This document shows, piece after piece, positions 9,562 through 20,300 of a stretch of 64,000 bases of DNA. Source of the stretch: an uncultured Gemmatimonadaceae bacterium (GTDB taxonomy: Bacteria; Gemmatimonadota; Gemmatimonadetes; Gemmatimonadales; Gemmatimonadaceae); contig CAZICQ010000015.1 in the NCBI GenBank assembly GCA_964537775.1, positions 5,935-69,934 on the forward strand, written 5' to 3'. The translations under genes were made by a program, and so were the position numbers. Under the pieces are notes generated by a model. That model was not told the origin of the DNA and searched no databases. It saw nothing but the letters and a program-made list of their open reading frames with translations. How positions within the stretch are numbered: the first letter of the stretch is position 1; each line of letters begins with the position of its first letter.

Positions 9562-10236
9562 ATGCGCAGTCTGCTCAGCACTCTCGCTCTGCTCGTCTTC
9601 GCGGCGCCATTGGCCGCACAGAAGCCACAAGGCAGAGATGACGACCCCACGCACAAGGTCGCCGGTGGAACGGTACCCGCCGGATGGACGGTGCGCGTCG
9701 ACGACAAGGACGCCGTGCGTGGCATGTCATCGGCGAATCTGAAGTTCGTGGGCATGGGCACTGGTTATCACGTCACGGCCGGCCCCGCCGCGATCTTATA
9801 CAACCCGAACGACGTCGTGACCGGTAACTACACAGTCCATGCGTCGTTCACGCAGACCAAAGCGCCGATGCATCCCGAGGCCTATGGCCTGGTGATCGGG
9901 GGAAAGAACCTCCCCGACAGTACGCAGGAGTACATGTACTTCATCGTGCGCGGCGACGGGAAGTACATGATCAACCACAGAGGCGGATCCGTGGTACACA
10001 AGCTCGTGGACTGGACGCCGAGCGATGCCGTCCACAAGGCAGACGAGTCGGGAAAGGCCACTAACGATCTAGCGGTGCGGGTGACGAGCGATTCGGTGGC
10101 GTTCATCGCCAACGGCACACCGGTGCAGACGTTCGCGAAGTCAGAGCTGCATGGCTTCAACACCGATGGTCAGGCGGGATTCCGCGTCAACCACAATCTC
10201 GACGTGCACGTCGCGAACTTCGGCATCACGAAGTAG
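9562..10236 (+). CDS. Secreted protein of unknown function (beta-rich, possibly jelly-roll/LamG-like)
   Basis: ATG at 9562 preceded by AGGAGA (9552-9557). Signal peptide MRSLLSTLALLVFAAPLAAQ. In frame with track ORF 9511..10236. Confidence 0.7.
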   Translation: MRSLLSTLALLVFAAPLAAQKPQGRDDDPTHKVAGGTVPAGWTVRVDDKDAVRGMSSANLKFVGMGTGYHVTAGPAAILYNPNDVVTGNYTVHASFTQTKAPMHPEAYGLVIGGKNLPDSTQEYMYFIVRGDGKYMINHRGGSVVHKLVDWTPSDAVHKADESGKATNDLAVRVTSDSVAFIANGTPVQTFAKSELHGFNTDGQAGFRVNHNLDVHVANFGITK

Positions 10237-10242
10237 CTCGTT

Positions 10243-11493
10243 TTGACAACCAGCACTGCGCCAGAGGCGCGCACCACCGGTGCGCGCCACGCCGCCGGCA
10301 GCGGTCACCGCGCCGCGGTCACCGCGAGCTTCCTCGGCTGGACGCTCGATGCGTTCGACTTCTTTCTCGTCATCATGAGCGTGACGGCGATCGCGCAGGA
10401 GTTCGGTCGCCCGAAGTCCGATATCGCGGTCGCCATCACGCTCACGCTGGCCTTTCGCCCCGTCGGCGCCTTCGTGTTCGGCCTGATGGCCGATCGCTAC
10501 GGTCGGCGCCTGCCGCTCATGATCGATCTCGTCTTCTTCTCGATCGTGGAGGTGGCGACGGGCCTCACGCACAGCTACGCGCTGTTCCTGGTGCTGCGCG
10601 CGCTGTTTGGAATCGGCATGGGTGGAGAGTGGGGCGTGGGCGCTTCGCTCGCGATGGAGAAGGCTCCCGCCGGCCGCCGCGGCATTCTCTCGGGACTGTT
10701 GCAGGAGGGGTACGCGACCGGCTACCTGCTCGCCGCGGTGTGCTACTTCTTCGTCTTTCCGCGCTGGGGGTGGCGGCCGATGTTCTTCATCGGAGGACTG
10801 CCGGCGCTCCTCGCGCTGTTCGTGCGGGCGCGCGTCACGGAATCGGAGGTGTGGCAGCGGACGCGCCATCATGACTGGGGCAGCCTCGGCCGCGCGATCG
10901 TCTCCAACTGGAAGCTGTTTTTGTATCTGGTCGTGCTGATGACGATGATGAACTTCGTCTCCCACGGCACGCAGGATATGTATCCGACGCTGCTCCAGAG
11001 CGACTGGAAGATGAGCCCGCAGCGTACGGCCGCGATCACCGCGTTTTCGATGATCGGCGCGATCACGGGCGGCATCGTGTTTGGCTATCTCTCCGATCGC
11101 TTTGGGCGCCGCAAGGCCATCGTGACTGCGCTGGTGCTCGCGATTCTCGTTGTCCCCCTGTGGGCGTTCCCGCCAAACGTGGCCTGGTTGCTCGAGGGCG
11201 CGTTCATCATGCAATTCATGGTGCAGGGCGCGTGGGGCGTGATACCGGCTCACATCAACGAGCTGTCCCCCGACAGCGTTCGCGGTTTTCTGCCCGGCTT
11301 CGCGTACCAATGCGGCGTGATGCTGGCGAGCTCGGTGGCGTACATCGAGGCAGTTTTCGCCGAGCGACTCACGTTCGCCACCGCGATGTCGTTGACTGCG
11401 GTGACGGTGTTCCTGCTCGGTGCCGTGGCAGCCTGGGCCGGCCGCGAAAAGCACGGCGTCTTGTTCGGCGACGTGGTCTCGAGTGGCCGCTGA
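10243..11493 (+). CDS. MFS transporter
   Basis: 416 aa with about 12 TM helices. MFS signature-like loops LMADRYGRRLPLM and LSDRFGRRKAI. TTG start as given by the track, so the start is uncertain. Confidence 0.8.
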   Translation: MTTSTAPEARTTGARHAAGSGHRAAVTASFLGWTLDAFDFFLVIMSVTAIAQEFGRPKSDIAVAITLTLAFRPVGAFVFGLMADRYGRRLPLMIDLVFFSIVEVATGLTHSYALFLVLRALFGIGMGGEWGVGASLAMEKAPAGRRGILSGLLQEGYATGYLLAAVCYFFVFPRWGWRPMFFIGGLPALLALFVRARVTESEVWQRTRHHDWGSLGRAIVSNWKLFLYLVVLMTMMNFVSHGTQDMYPTLLQSDWKMSPQRTAAITAFSMIGAITGGIVFGYLSDRFGRRKAIVTALVLAILVVPLWAFPPNVAWLLEGAFIMQFMVQGAWGVIPAHINELSPDSVRGFLPGFAYQCGVMLASSVAYIEAVFAERLTFATAMSLTAVTVFLLGAVAAWAGREKHGVLFGDVVSSGR

Positions 11494-11564
11494 CAGTCGC
11501 GGATAGCTAGCTCGCGGCGCGCGGCATCAGTCTAGAGACAGACCGCGGTCCACACCGTACATTC

Positions 11565-13952
11565 GTGGCCATGCTCCTACCCCTGGTCGGCTTCTTTCAG
11601 TTGCTCCAAGCGCAAACGATCGCCGTGCACAGCGGTCGCGCGCACGAGCTCGTGGTGCATCCGCCGCGATTCGTCGCTGATGCGGTGATCGACGGCGTGC
11701 TCGACGAGCCGGAGTGGGGGAAGGCTGCCGTGCTCACTGGGTTCTCGCAGTTCTCTCCCCACGACGGCCTGCCCGCCGTCGACTCGACGCGAGTGCTCGT
11801 TTGGTATTCGCCCACGGCCATCTACTTTGGGATCCGCGCCTTCGAGATTCACGGCCAGCCGCACGCGACGCTCGCCGATCGCGATCACATCGACGCCGAC
11901 GATCAGGTGCAGATCCTTCTCGGGACCTTCAACGATGGCCGTCAGGCGATGGTGTTCGGCGTCAATCCCCTCGGCGTGCAGATGGACGGCACGATCGTAG
12001 AGACGAACACGCAGTCCAGTGGCGGCTTCCTCGTGCAGGTGGCGGCGCGCGACTCCGTCGACCGAAGTCAGGACTTCGTATTTCAGTCGAAGGGGCACAT
12101 CACCGAGTACGGCTACGAGGTGGAGGTGCGCATTCCCTTCAAGTCGCTGCGCTACCAGGCGCTGGACGTGCAGAGCTGGAGCATCAACGTGGTCCGCGAG
12201 ATCCGGCACTCCGGGTGGGAGGACTCGTGGGCGCCGGCCACGCACGCCGCCACGTCATTTCTCCAGCAGTCCGGCACACTGGAGGGGCTCACCGGCCTGA
12301 ATCGCGGCCTCGTGCTCGACGTGGCGCCCGTGGTCACGCAGCGCACGACCGGCGCGCAGCTTTCGCCGCTGCACGGCGAAGGATGGCGCTACAGTGCCGC
12401 TCAGCCGCAGCTCGGCGGAAATGTGCGCTGGGGGATCACGAATAATCTGACCCTCAACGCCACGGTGAAACCGGATTTCGCCGAGGTGGAATCGGACGCC
12501 ACGAAATTCGTGTTCGATCCACGATCGGCGATCAGCTACCCGGAGAAGCGGCCTTTTTTCCTCGAGGGGATGGACGCCTTCAACACGCCGGGTGGCCTGG
12601 TGTACACTCGCGACATCGTGCAGCCGGTCACCGCAACGAAGCTCACCGGAAAGGTCTCAGGGACGACGGTCGCGTTGCTCTCCGCCATAGACAATCACAC
12701 GTTCTCGCTCTCGTACGATCCCGTGGCCGGCGGAGGCCACAATCCGATATACAACATCGCGCGGTTGCAGCGTGATGTCGGCGAGCAATCCAAGATCGGC
12801 GTGACCGTCACCGACAAGGAGGACGGTGCATGGTCCAACCGTCTCCTCGACTTGGACGGCAGCATCATCTTTCGCCGCGCGTATTCGCTGAACTTTCAGG
12901 GCGCGGCGAGTCGGACCACGTCCGGCGACAGCGCGGTGAGCGCGCCATTATGGAACGCCTCGTTCAATCACCGCGGGCGGAACCTGATCTTCCGATACGC
13001 GCTGTCGGGGATGGATCCGAATTTCATCGCGGCGAGCGGCTTCATCAGCCGCCCTGGCGTCGCGCACGCCACGGCGGATCAGAACTTCGTGTGGTACGGC
13101 CCCCGCGGCTCGTTGTTCGAGAGCGTGACGTTCAATCCGATGTTCGACCACCTCTGGAAGTACGGCGCGCTGATGCACAGCGCCGATGCGCTGGAGAAAA
13201 AGTATCACCTCAGCCTGGAGACGCAGCTCCGCGGCGGCTGGTCCGGCGGCTTCGCCGTGTACCTCGAGTCGTTTGGCTACGATCCGGCGATCTTTCCGAA
13301 CGTCTACGTCGAACGCGCTCGCGGAGCCGTGGTGGACACGGTTCCTTTCGACGGGAAGGTGCGGCTGTACAATCACGACTGGGTTGCGTCGCTGAACACG
13401 CCGCAATGGTCGATGTTCAACTTCACGGCCCTTGGGATCGTCGGTCCCGACGATGATTTCGACGAGTGGGCGACGACGAACATCTGGTACCTGAGCCTCG
13501 GTGCGCTCGTTCGTCCAAACGACAAGCTGCGTATCACGCCGACCTTGAGCTATCAGAGCTTCGACCACCCGCAGACAGGAAGCGTATATCGGAGCGGCCA
13601 CATCGTCCGCGTGAAGACGGAGTACCAGCTGTCGCGGCCGATCTTTCTGCGCCTGGTGGGGGAGTATCGCGGCAACGAGCACCTCCCGCTGGTGGATTGG
13701 TCGCGCACCGGCGGCGCACTGCTCTACTACAATCCAGCCACCCACAGCTACACGCGATCGGCGTTCTCCCGCACGAAGAGCTTCCGCACGGACTGGCTGT
13801 TCTCGTATCAACCCTATCCGGGTACGGTCTTTTTCGCCGGCTATGGCAACAGCTCGGCGCCGAACGCGTTCCGCCTCGATCAGCTGACGGAGACTCGCTA
13901 CCGCACCACGGACGCGTTCTTCATCAAGTTCTCGTATCTCTTCCGGATGTAG
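11565..13952 (+). CDS. CBM9-like / DUF5916 family protein
   Basis: 795 aa. The N-terminal IDGVLDEPEWGKAAVLTGFSQFSPHDG block is characteristic of the carbohydrate-binding family 9 / DUF5916 architecture as I recall it. The C-terminus is a long beta-rich region ending in F-x-F-type residues (FSYLFRM). Confidence 0.7.
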   Translation: MAMLLPLVGFFQLLQAQTIAVHSGRAHELVVHPPRFVADAVIDGVLDEPEWGKAAVLTGFSQFSPHDGLPAVDSTRVLVWYSPTAIYFGIRAFEIHGQPHATLADRDHIDADDQVQILLGTFNDGRQAMVFGVNPLGVQMDGTIVETNTQSSGGFLVQVAARDSVDRSQDFVFQSKGHITEYGYEVEVRIPFKSLRYQALDVQSWSINVVREIRHSGWEDSWAPATHAATSFLQQSGTLEGLTGLNRGLVLDVAPVVTQRTTGAQLSPLHGEGWRYSAAQPQLGGNVRWGITNNLTLNATVKPDFAEVESDATKFVFDPRSAISYPEKRPFFLEGMDAFNTPGGLVYTRDIVQPVTATKLTGKVSGTTVALLSAIDNHTFSLSYDPVAGGGHNPIYNIARLQRDVGEQSKIGVTVTDKEDGAWSNRLLDLDGSIIFRRAYSLNFQGAASRTTSGDSAVSAPLWNASFNHRGRNLIFRYALSGMDPNFIAASGFISRPGVAHATADQNFVWYGPRGSLFESVTFNPMFDHLWKYGALMHSADALEKKYHLSLETQLRGGWSGGFAVYLESFGYDPAIFPNVYVERARGAVVDTVPFDGKVRLYNHDWVASLNTPQWSMFNFTALGIVGPDDDFDEWATTNIWYLSLGALVRPNDKLRITPTLSYQSFDHPQTGSVYRSGHIVRVKTEYQLSRPIFLRLVGEYRGNEHLPLVDWSRTGGALLYYNPATHSYTRSAFSRTKSFRTDWLFSYQPYPGTVFFAGYGNSSAPNAFRLDQLTETRYRTTDAFFIKFSYLFRM

Positions 13953-13973
13953 CGCCGGCGAGCCGTCACTCAC

Positions 13974-15419
13974 GTGCTTCGTCGAGCGCTCGGGCTTCGC
14001 GATCTCGTCCTGTTCAATCTCGTTGCCGTCATCGGTCTCCGATGGCTGGCGACGTCAGCGAAGGCGGGGCCGAGCGCGCTCGTCCTCTGGCTCCTCGCGG
14101 CCATCCTCTTCTTCGTTCCGCAGGGGTTGGTCGTCGTGGAGCTGTCCTCGCGCTTTCCCGACGAGGGCGGCATATACGCCTGGACGAAGGAAGCGCTCGG
14201 TGAGGGACACGGCTTCCTCTGCGGCTGGTGCTACTGGATCAACAATGTCCTGTACTATCCCAATCTTCTGATCTCGACGGCGGTCATCGCCACCTTCGTG
14301 ATCGGCAAAGGGGAGTCGGGCTTGTCGGACACCTGGAGCTACGTGCTCGCGGCCACGCTCATCTGTCTCTGGGTGGCCGTGGCATTGAACATCGTGGGGC
14401 TCGGCACCGGGAAGTGGCTGCAGAACCTGGGCGGCATCGGCACCTACGTGCCCGGCGTCCTGCTCGCCGCGTTAGGCCTGTGGTCGCTGGCGGCCCATGC
14501 GCCCGCGGCGAACCCGGTAACGGCGCACAATCTAGCGCCGAATCTCACGGACCTGTCGACACTGAATCTGTGGGCGTCGATCGCGTTCGCGTTCGCCGGC
14601 CTGGAGTTGTCGGCGACGATGGGCGAGGAGATCGAGAATCCGCGGCGCAATCTGCCGCGTGCGATCTACATCTCGGGGCCGCTGATCGCGCTCGTGTACA
14701 TCGCCGGCACGTGGTCGCTGCTCCGCCTCGTGCCGGTGACGCATCTCAACATCGTGTCCGGCTTTCTGCAGGCCATCGATGCCGGTGCGCGGTCGTTCGT
14801 CCCGGTGCTGTGGTGGCTCGCGCCCTTCGCGGCGTTCTGCTATACGATTGGCAACGTCGGCGGAGTCGGGGCGTGGCTCAGTGGTCCGGCACGCGTTGCC
14901 TTCGTGATCGGGCTCGATCGCTACTTCCCACCAGCCTTCGGCCGCGTCCACTCGCGCTGGCAGACGCCGTACGTCGCGATCCTGGTGCAGGCGACGCTGG
15001 CGACGCTGTTCCTGCTTGTATCGGTGCTTGGCAAGGGCACCACCGTGGAGCGGGCGTATCTCATCCTGCTGGACACGCAGCTGCTCGTGTACTTCATCCC
15101 CTATCTGTATCTGTTCCTGGTGTTCCTGCTCCACCGGCGGCGTGATGCGGCGCGCCCGATCTCCGATACAGCGGTGTCGGTGATTCGCGCGCCGGGCGGG
15201 AGAATCGGAGGCTACCTGATTGGAGCTTGTGGCTTCGCGATCACGCTCTTCGCGATGGCGGTGGCGATGATTCCCCCTTCGTCGGGCGAGAGCGCCCTGC
15301 CCTTCGAGCTGAAGGTGGTGGGAGGTGCGGGCGCGTTCGTCGCCTTCGGTGGGCTGGTCTACTGGCGTGCCTCACGGGCGGGTCGCCACGAGCCGCAGCC
15401 GGCGAGCGATTGGCCGTAG
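13974..15419 (+). CDS. APC-superfamily amino acid/polyamine permease
   Basis: 481 aa with about 12 TM helices. GTG start. LRRALGLRDLVLFNLVAVIGLRW is an APC-type N-terminus. Confidence 0.8.
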   Translation: MLRRALGLRDLVLFNLVAVIGLRWLATSAKAGPSALVLWLLAAILFFVPQGLVVVELSSRFPDEGGIYAWTKEALGEGHGFLCGWCYWINNVLYYPNLLISTAVIATFVIGKGESGLSDTWSYVLAATLICLWVAVALNIVGLGTGKWLQNLGGIGTYVPGVLLAALGLWSLAAHAPAANPVTAHNLAPNLTDLSTLNLWASIAFAFAGLELSATMGEEIENPRRNLPRAIYISGPLIALVYIAGTWSLLRLVPVTHLNIVSGFLQAIDAGARSFVPVLWWLAPFAAFCYTIGNVGGVGAWLSGPARVAFVIGLDRYFPPAFGRVHSRWQTPYVAILVQATLATLFLLVSVLGKGTTVERAYLILLDTQLLVYFIPYLYLFLVFLLHRRRDAARPISDTAVSVIRAPGGRIGGYLIGACGFAITLFAMAVAMIPPSSGESALPFELKVVGGAGAFVAFGGLVYWRASRAGRHEPQPASDWP

Positions 15420-15504
15420 ACGCTGCCACGAATTAAGCTGTAGCGACACGCCGACGAACTGCCGATCGGCCAGGCCGCACCGTCACGTCGACACAGTCAC
15501 CCTC

Positions 15505-16617
15505 ATGAGCGCAGAGAACCCGATCGAGGCGACTGCCAGCGGCGCAGCCTCGGGCATGAGCGCCGACGAGGAGCCCAAGGACCTTGGATTCGGCGCGGCG
15601 ATTGGCCGTGAACACGAGCAGCGTCTGCTCAATCGTGACGGCACCTTCAATGTCCGCCGCCACGGCCTACGCTTCTGGGAATCGCTGAGCCTCTATCACT
15701 CCGCGTTGTCGATGGGGTGGACGCACTTCCTCGGCATGCTCGCCGGCGGCTATCTCCTGCTCAACGCGCTGTTCGCGGCGGCGTACCTGCTCTGCGGCCG
15801 CGACGCGTTAGGCGGCGACAGCGCGGACAGCCTCGGCGGCCCGTTCTGGAAAGCGTTTTTCTTCAGCGTGCACACCTTCGCGACGATCGGCTACGGCAGC
15901 ATCGTCCCGCGCGGCATCGCGGCAAATGTGCTCGTGACGATCGAATCGCTCTTTGGCCTGCTCGGCTTCGCGCTCGCCACCGGTCTCCTGTTTTCCCGCT
16001 TCTCGCGCCCGACGGGAAAACTGCTCTTCAGCAAGACCGCGATCATCGCGCCCTACCGCGGAATGACCGCGTTCATGTTTCGAATCGTGAACGCACGGAG
16101 CAGTCAGCTCATCGAGCTCGACGTCAAGGTGCAGTTCAGCCGCATCGAGTCGAGAGCGGGCGGGCCGATCCGCAAGTACGACCAGCTGACGCTCGAGCGA
16201 ACCCACGTCGTATTCTTCCCGCTGAGCTGGACAGTAGTGCATCCGATCACGGAGAAGAGCCCGCTCTACGGTCTCTCACACGAGGACCTCGTGGAGCGGG
16301 ACGCCGAGTTTCTCATTCTGCTCTCCGGCGTCGACGAGACGTTCTCGCAGACAGTGCATTCGCGCTCTTCGTACAAACCCGAAGAGATCGTCTTTGGCGC
16401 CCGATTCGCGAATATCTACAATCCCCTATCGCCGGAAGGATTGGTCAGCATCGACGTCTCGAAGCTGCACGACATCACGCCCGTGGACCTGGAGTCTGAG
16501 ACGATGATGTCCGAGACGTCGACCTGGCATCACACGGGACATTTCGCTGGCTATGTACCGGCGCGCGAACAGACCACGGACGACGGTCGGCGCCAATCCT
16601 CAGGAAAGACCAGCTAG
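15505..16617 (+). CDS. Inward-rectifier-type potassium channel (KirBac family)
   Basis: ATG at 15505 in frame with track ORF 15325..16617. Contains NRDGTFNVRRHG, two TM helices flanking the selectivity filter TIGYG (FFFSVHTFATIGYGSIVP), and a C-terminal Ig-like cytoplasmic domain. Confidence 0.85.
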   Translation: MSAENPIEATASGAASGMSADEEPKDLGFGAAIGREHEQRLLNRDGTFNVRRHGLRFWESLSLYHSALSMGWTHFLGMLAGGYLLLNALFAAAYLLCGRDALGGDSADSLGGPFWKAFFFSVHTFATIGYGSIVPRGIAANVLVTIESLFGLLGFALATGLLFSRFSRPTGKLLFSKTAIIAPYRGMTAFMFRIVNARSSQLIELDVKVQFSRIESRAGGPIRKYDQLTLERTHVVFFPLSWTVVHPITEKSPLYGLSHEDLVERDAEFLILLSGVDETFSQTVHSRSSYKPEEIVFGARFANIYNPLSPEGLVSIDVSKLHDITPVDLESETMMSETSTWHHTGHFAGYVPAREQTTDDGRRQSSGKTS

Positions 16618-16625
16618 CATCGAGC

Positions 16626-17105
16626 TCAGCCTCTTTCGCCAGCAGCTCTGTAGGGCCTTTCCTCGTCACCGTCTGCTTGGCCGTCAAAGGCCGTCGCATC
16701 GGCGGCTGCCTCACCCTGCTCCAGCGGATTCGCTTCACGCGGCGGGGTGAAATTCGGTTCGCCCGTTCGCCCGCCGCCGTGGCGGCCAATGCCGCCCGAA
16801 CGCCGCAGAACCGCCTCGCGACACGCGGCGAGCACCGCCTCCAGCGCCTCTATACCGTCATCCGTCGCTTCCAGGAAAAGATCGTTCACGACCGACTCGG
16901 CCCGTTCCAGCTGCGCGATCAGCATCTTGGCCTGACCCCGGCTGGGCATCGTGCCGCAGATCTTTGGCGTCGCTCGATTTCCGCAGGGTTTGCGTAGCAC
17001 GATCACCGCGCCGCGCTTTCCTGGCTGCAGGAAGTACTCCGATCTGGAGGCACCTTCGTTCCGCCGCGGCCGCGGTCGTTTCGTCGTGCTTCTCCGTTTG
17101 GCCAT
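16626..17105 (-). CDS. Hypothetical protein with a basic N-terminus (159 aa)
   Basis: ATG at 17105-17103 with AGGAGA 11 nt upstream (17117-17122 on the minus strand) and a TATATT -10-like hexamer (17139-17144). No recognised motif. Confidence 0.55.
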   Translation of the reverse strand: MAKRRSTTKRPRPRRNEGASRSEYFLQPGKRGAVIVLRKPCGNRATPKICGTMPSRGQAKMLIAQLERAESVVNDLFLEATDDGIEALEAVLAACREAVLRRSGGIGRHGGGRTGEPNFTPPREANPLEQGEAAADATAFDGQADGDEERPYRAAGERG

Positions 17106-17143
17106 TGCTACGGCAATCTCCTAGCAAGACATGAGAACAATAT

Positions 17144-17162
17144 ACGGCCGGTAGCCGGCCGT
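17144..17162 (-). promoter_or_regulatory. Perfect palindrome ACGGCCGG-TAG-CCGGCCGT abutting the -10-like TATATT of gene 16626..17105 (candidate operator)
   Basis: 8+8 nt inverted repeat read directly. It sits where a -35/operator would lie for the minus-strand gene. Confidence 0.35.
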
Positions 17163-17359
17163 CACGGTGGAGACGAGGAGGACAAAGCCGAGTCACGCCA
17201 GCCGGCCATGCTCTGGTCATCGGCACCTGCCGGGGAACGCGGCAGCCCTTTCTCCATGTGGCCGGCCGATGGTCCATTTCTTAGCTTCCTCCTCCGTACA
17301 GGTCCTGCCGCTTCAGGGCTCCTGCTGCCCCCTTCCCGTCTCCTCCAACCTCGCATCAT

Positions 17360-20300
17360 ATGCGGAATTGCTCCCGCGCCCTGGCCGGCGCACTCTGGTC
17401 GTTCCTCCTGCTGGTCCCGTCACTCGGCGCCCAGCAGCCGGAAACAGCCTCCAAGCCAAGCAAGACGAAGGCTGACCTGCCTCTCAAGCCCGGTCGCGAC
17501 ATACGCTTCACGACGACGAAAGGCTCCTGGATCTCGCTGGACGTGAGCCCCGATGGGCAAACGATCGTCTTCGACCTGCTCGGCGACCTCTACACAGTTC
17601 CGATTACCGGCGGCAAGGCAACACGCCTCACGAGCGGAATGGCGCAGGACGTCCAGCCGCGTTTCAGCCCGGACGGTAAGCGAGTCGCCTTCGTGTCGGA
17701 TCGATCTGGCGGGGACAACATCTGGATCATGTCGCTGGACGGCAGGGATACCGTCCAGCTGACGAAGGGAAACAACAGCCTCTACGTCTCCCCCGCTTGG
17801 ACGCCGGACGGGAAGTACATCGTCGCATCGAAATCCAGCGGTTTGGGGGGAGCGGCCAAGCTGTGGATGTACCACGTGGACGGCGGCACGGGCATCCAGC
17901 TCGTACGCGAGCCGGCGCAGCTGAAGACACTCGGCGCGGCAGTCACGGCCGACGGGCGCTACATCTGGTACGCGCAGCGACAGGGCGACTGGTCCTACAA
18001 CGCCATCTTCCCGCAGTATCAGCTCGCCGTCTACGATCGGCAGACGGGCGCGAGCACCACGATGTCGTCGCGCTACGGATCGGCGTTCCGGCCGGCGGTC
18101 TCGCACGACGGTAAATGGCTCGTCTACGGAACGCGTAACGAGACGAATACGGCGCTCCGGTTGCGCAATATGGAAAGCGGCGCCGAGGAGTGGCTTGCGT
18201 ACCCCGTGCAGCGTGACGACCAGGAGTCCCGCGCGCCGCTGGATGTGCTTCCGGGGTACGCGTTCACGCCTGACGACAAAGCGGTGGTCGTGTCCTACGG
18301 CGGCGAGATCTGGCGCGTGCCGCTGGACCACAGCGCGCCGCGGAAGATTCCCTTCACCGCGGATGTAGACATCCAGGCGGGCCCGGAGGTGCGCTTCACC
18401 TATCGCGTCGACGACGCACGAACCTTTGCCGCGCATCAGATTCGCGATATCGCACCCTCGCCGGATGGTACCAAGCTGGCGTTCTCGTCCCTCGACCGCG
18501 TGTACGTGGTCGACTTGCCTAACGGCACACCGCGCCGGCTCACCGACAGCGACGCCAACGAGCACTTTCCGGCCTGGTCGCCCGATGGCAAGTCCGTGGC
18601 GTTCGTGACGTGGACCGACAAGCAAGGTGGTCACATCATGCGCGCCAGTGCCGACGGCCGCTCCAAGGCGCAGCAGCTCACGAAGATGCCTGCGTTGTTC
18701 GAGGAGCCTGCCTGGTCCCCGGACGGTAAGCGCATCGTGGCGGTCGTCGCGTCGGCACGCGATCTCCAGGAGGCGTACAGTGGCTTCTTCGGCACCGGGC
18801 AGGGTGCACGCTTCGCGTGGGTGCCGGCGAATGGATGTCCCTCCGGGTGCGATCTCCGCGTCATCGCGCCGACCGGCAATCGTCATCACCCGCACTTCAC
18901 CGCCGACACGTCGCGGATCTTCGCTTACGGCGCCCAGGATGGCCTCGTGTCATTCCGATGGGACGGCACCGACATCAAGCCGCTGCTGAAGGTCACGGGA
19001 CCCCTCCCGCCGCAGTCGACGCTTGACGACGATGAGCCGCACCCCACAGACGTGCCGATGTTGGCCAACTACGACCTGGAGCAGAATCCGACGCCACCGC
19101 CGGCGGCGCTCATCGTCATGGCCCCGCACGGTGATGAAGCGCTGGCGCAGGTAGGCAGCGACATCTACGTCATCACGGTGCCGTCGGTGGGCGGCTCGGC
19201 GCCGACCGTCTCCGTAGCGACTCCCGACGCCGCTGTCGTTCCCGTGCGGAAGCTCACCGACATCGGCGGCCAGTTTCCGGTGTGGGACGTCGCTCGTCAC
19301 GCCGTGCACTGGGCCATCGGCAACGCGTACGTGACGTACGATCTCGATCGCGCCAAGCAGTACGACGACTCGGTGAAGCTCGCCACACGTGCGATGAGCG
19401 ATAGCGCGCGCGCCGCGGCCGCCAAGGACACGACGAAGAAGACGGGTTTCAAGCCGGTGGAACAACGCATCACGGTGACGGCGACGCGCGATCTCCCGCA
19501 GTCGTCCGCCGTGCTGCGCGGCGCCCGCGCCATCACCATGAAAGACGGGGGCCCTGAGGTGATCGAGAACTCCGACATCGTCGTGCGCGATAACCGCATC
19601 GTTGGCGTCGGAGCCCAGGGTACCGTGCCGGTTCCGGCGGGTGCGCAGGTGATCGATGTGACGGGCAAGACGATCGTTCCCGGCTTTGTCGACACGCACT
19701 ATCACCCGCAGTGGCTCATTCCGAACGTGCACAGCGAGCAGGTATGGCAATACCTCGCCACGCTCGCATATGGCACGACCACCACGCGTGATCCGCAGAC
19801 GTCGACCACCGACGTGCTCACGTACGAGGATCAGGTGGAGATGGGTCGCATGGTTGGCCCGCGCATCTACTCGACCGGGCCCGGGGTCTTCGCGGCCGAG
19901 AACATCAAGAGTCTCGACGACGCACGCAACGTCCTCAAGCGGTATGCGCAGTACTATCAGACCAACACGCTGAAGATGTACATGACGGGCAACCGCCAGC
20001 AGCGCCAATGGATCATCATGGCGGCGAAGGAGCTCGGACTCATGCCCACCACCGAGGGAGGGCTCGATTACAAGCTCGACCTCACCCACGCGATGGACGG
20101 CTATTCGGGTATCGAGCACGCGCTGCCGATCACGCCGCTCTACGACGACGTGGTGCAGCTGTTCAAGGGCGTGGGCGTGACCAACTCACCGACGCTCATC
20201 GTGTCGTATGGCGGCCCGTTTGGCGAGAACTACTGGTTCACCAACACCAACGTCCACGACGACCCGAAGGTGCGGCATTTCTATCCCGAGGCGGAGCTCG

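Noticed and set aside
17420-18895. 491-aa antisense ORF inside the amidohydrolase gene. The class includes similar long shadow ORFs such as 2159..3307(-), 2934..3995(-), 10141..11454(-), 18950..20119(-), 23754..25163(+), 25958..27394(+), 38347..39759(+), 54411..55376(+) and 57917..58927(+).
   Set aside because: They lie opposite or out of frame to genes with strong family motifs. Their translations are Arg/Ala/Gly/Pro-rich low-complexity strings with no motifs. Stop-poor alternative frames are expected at this GC content.
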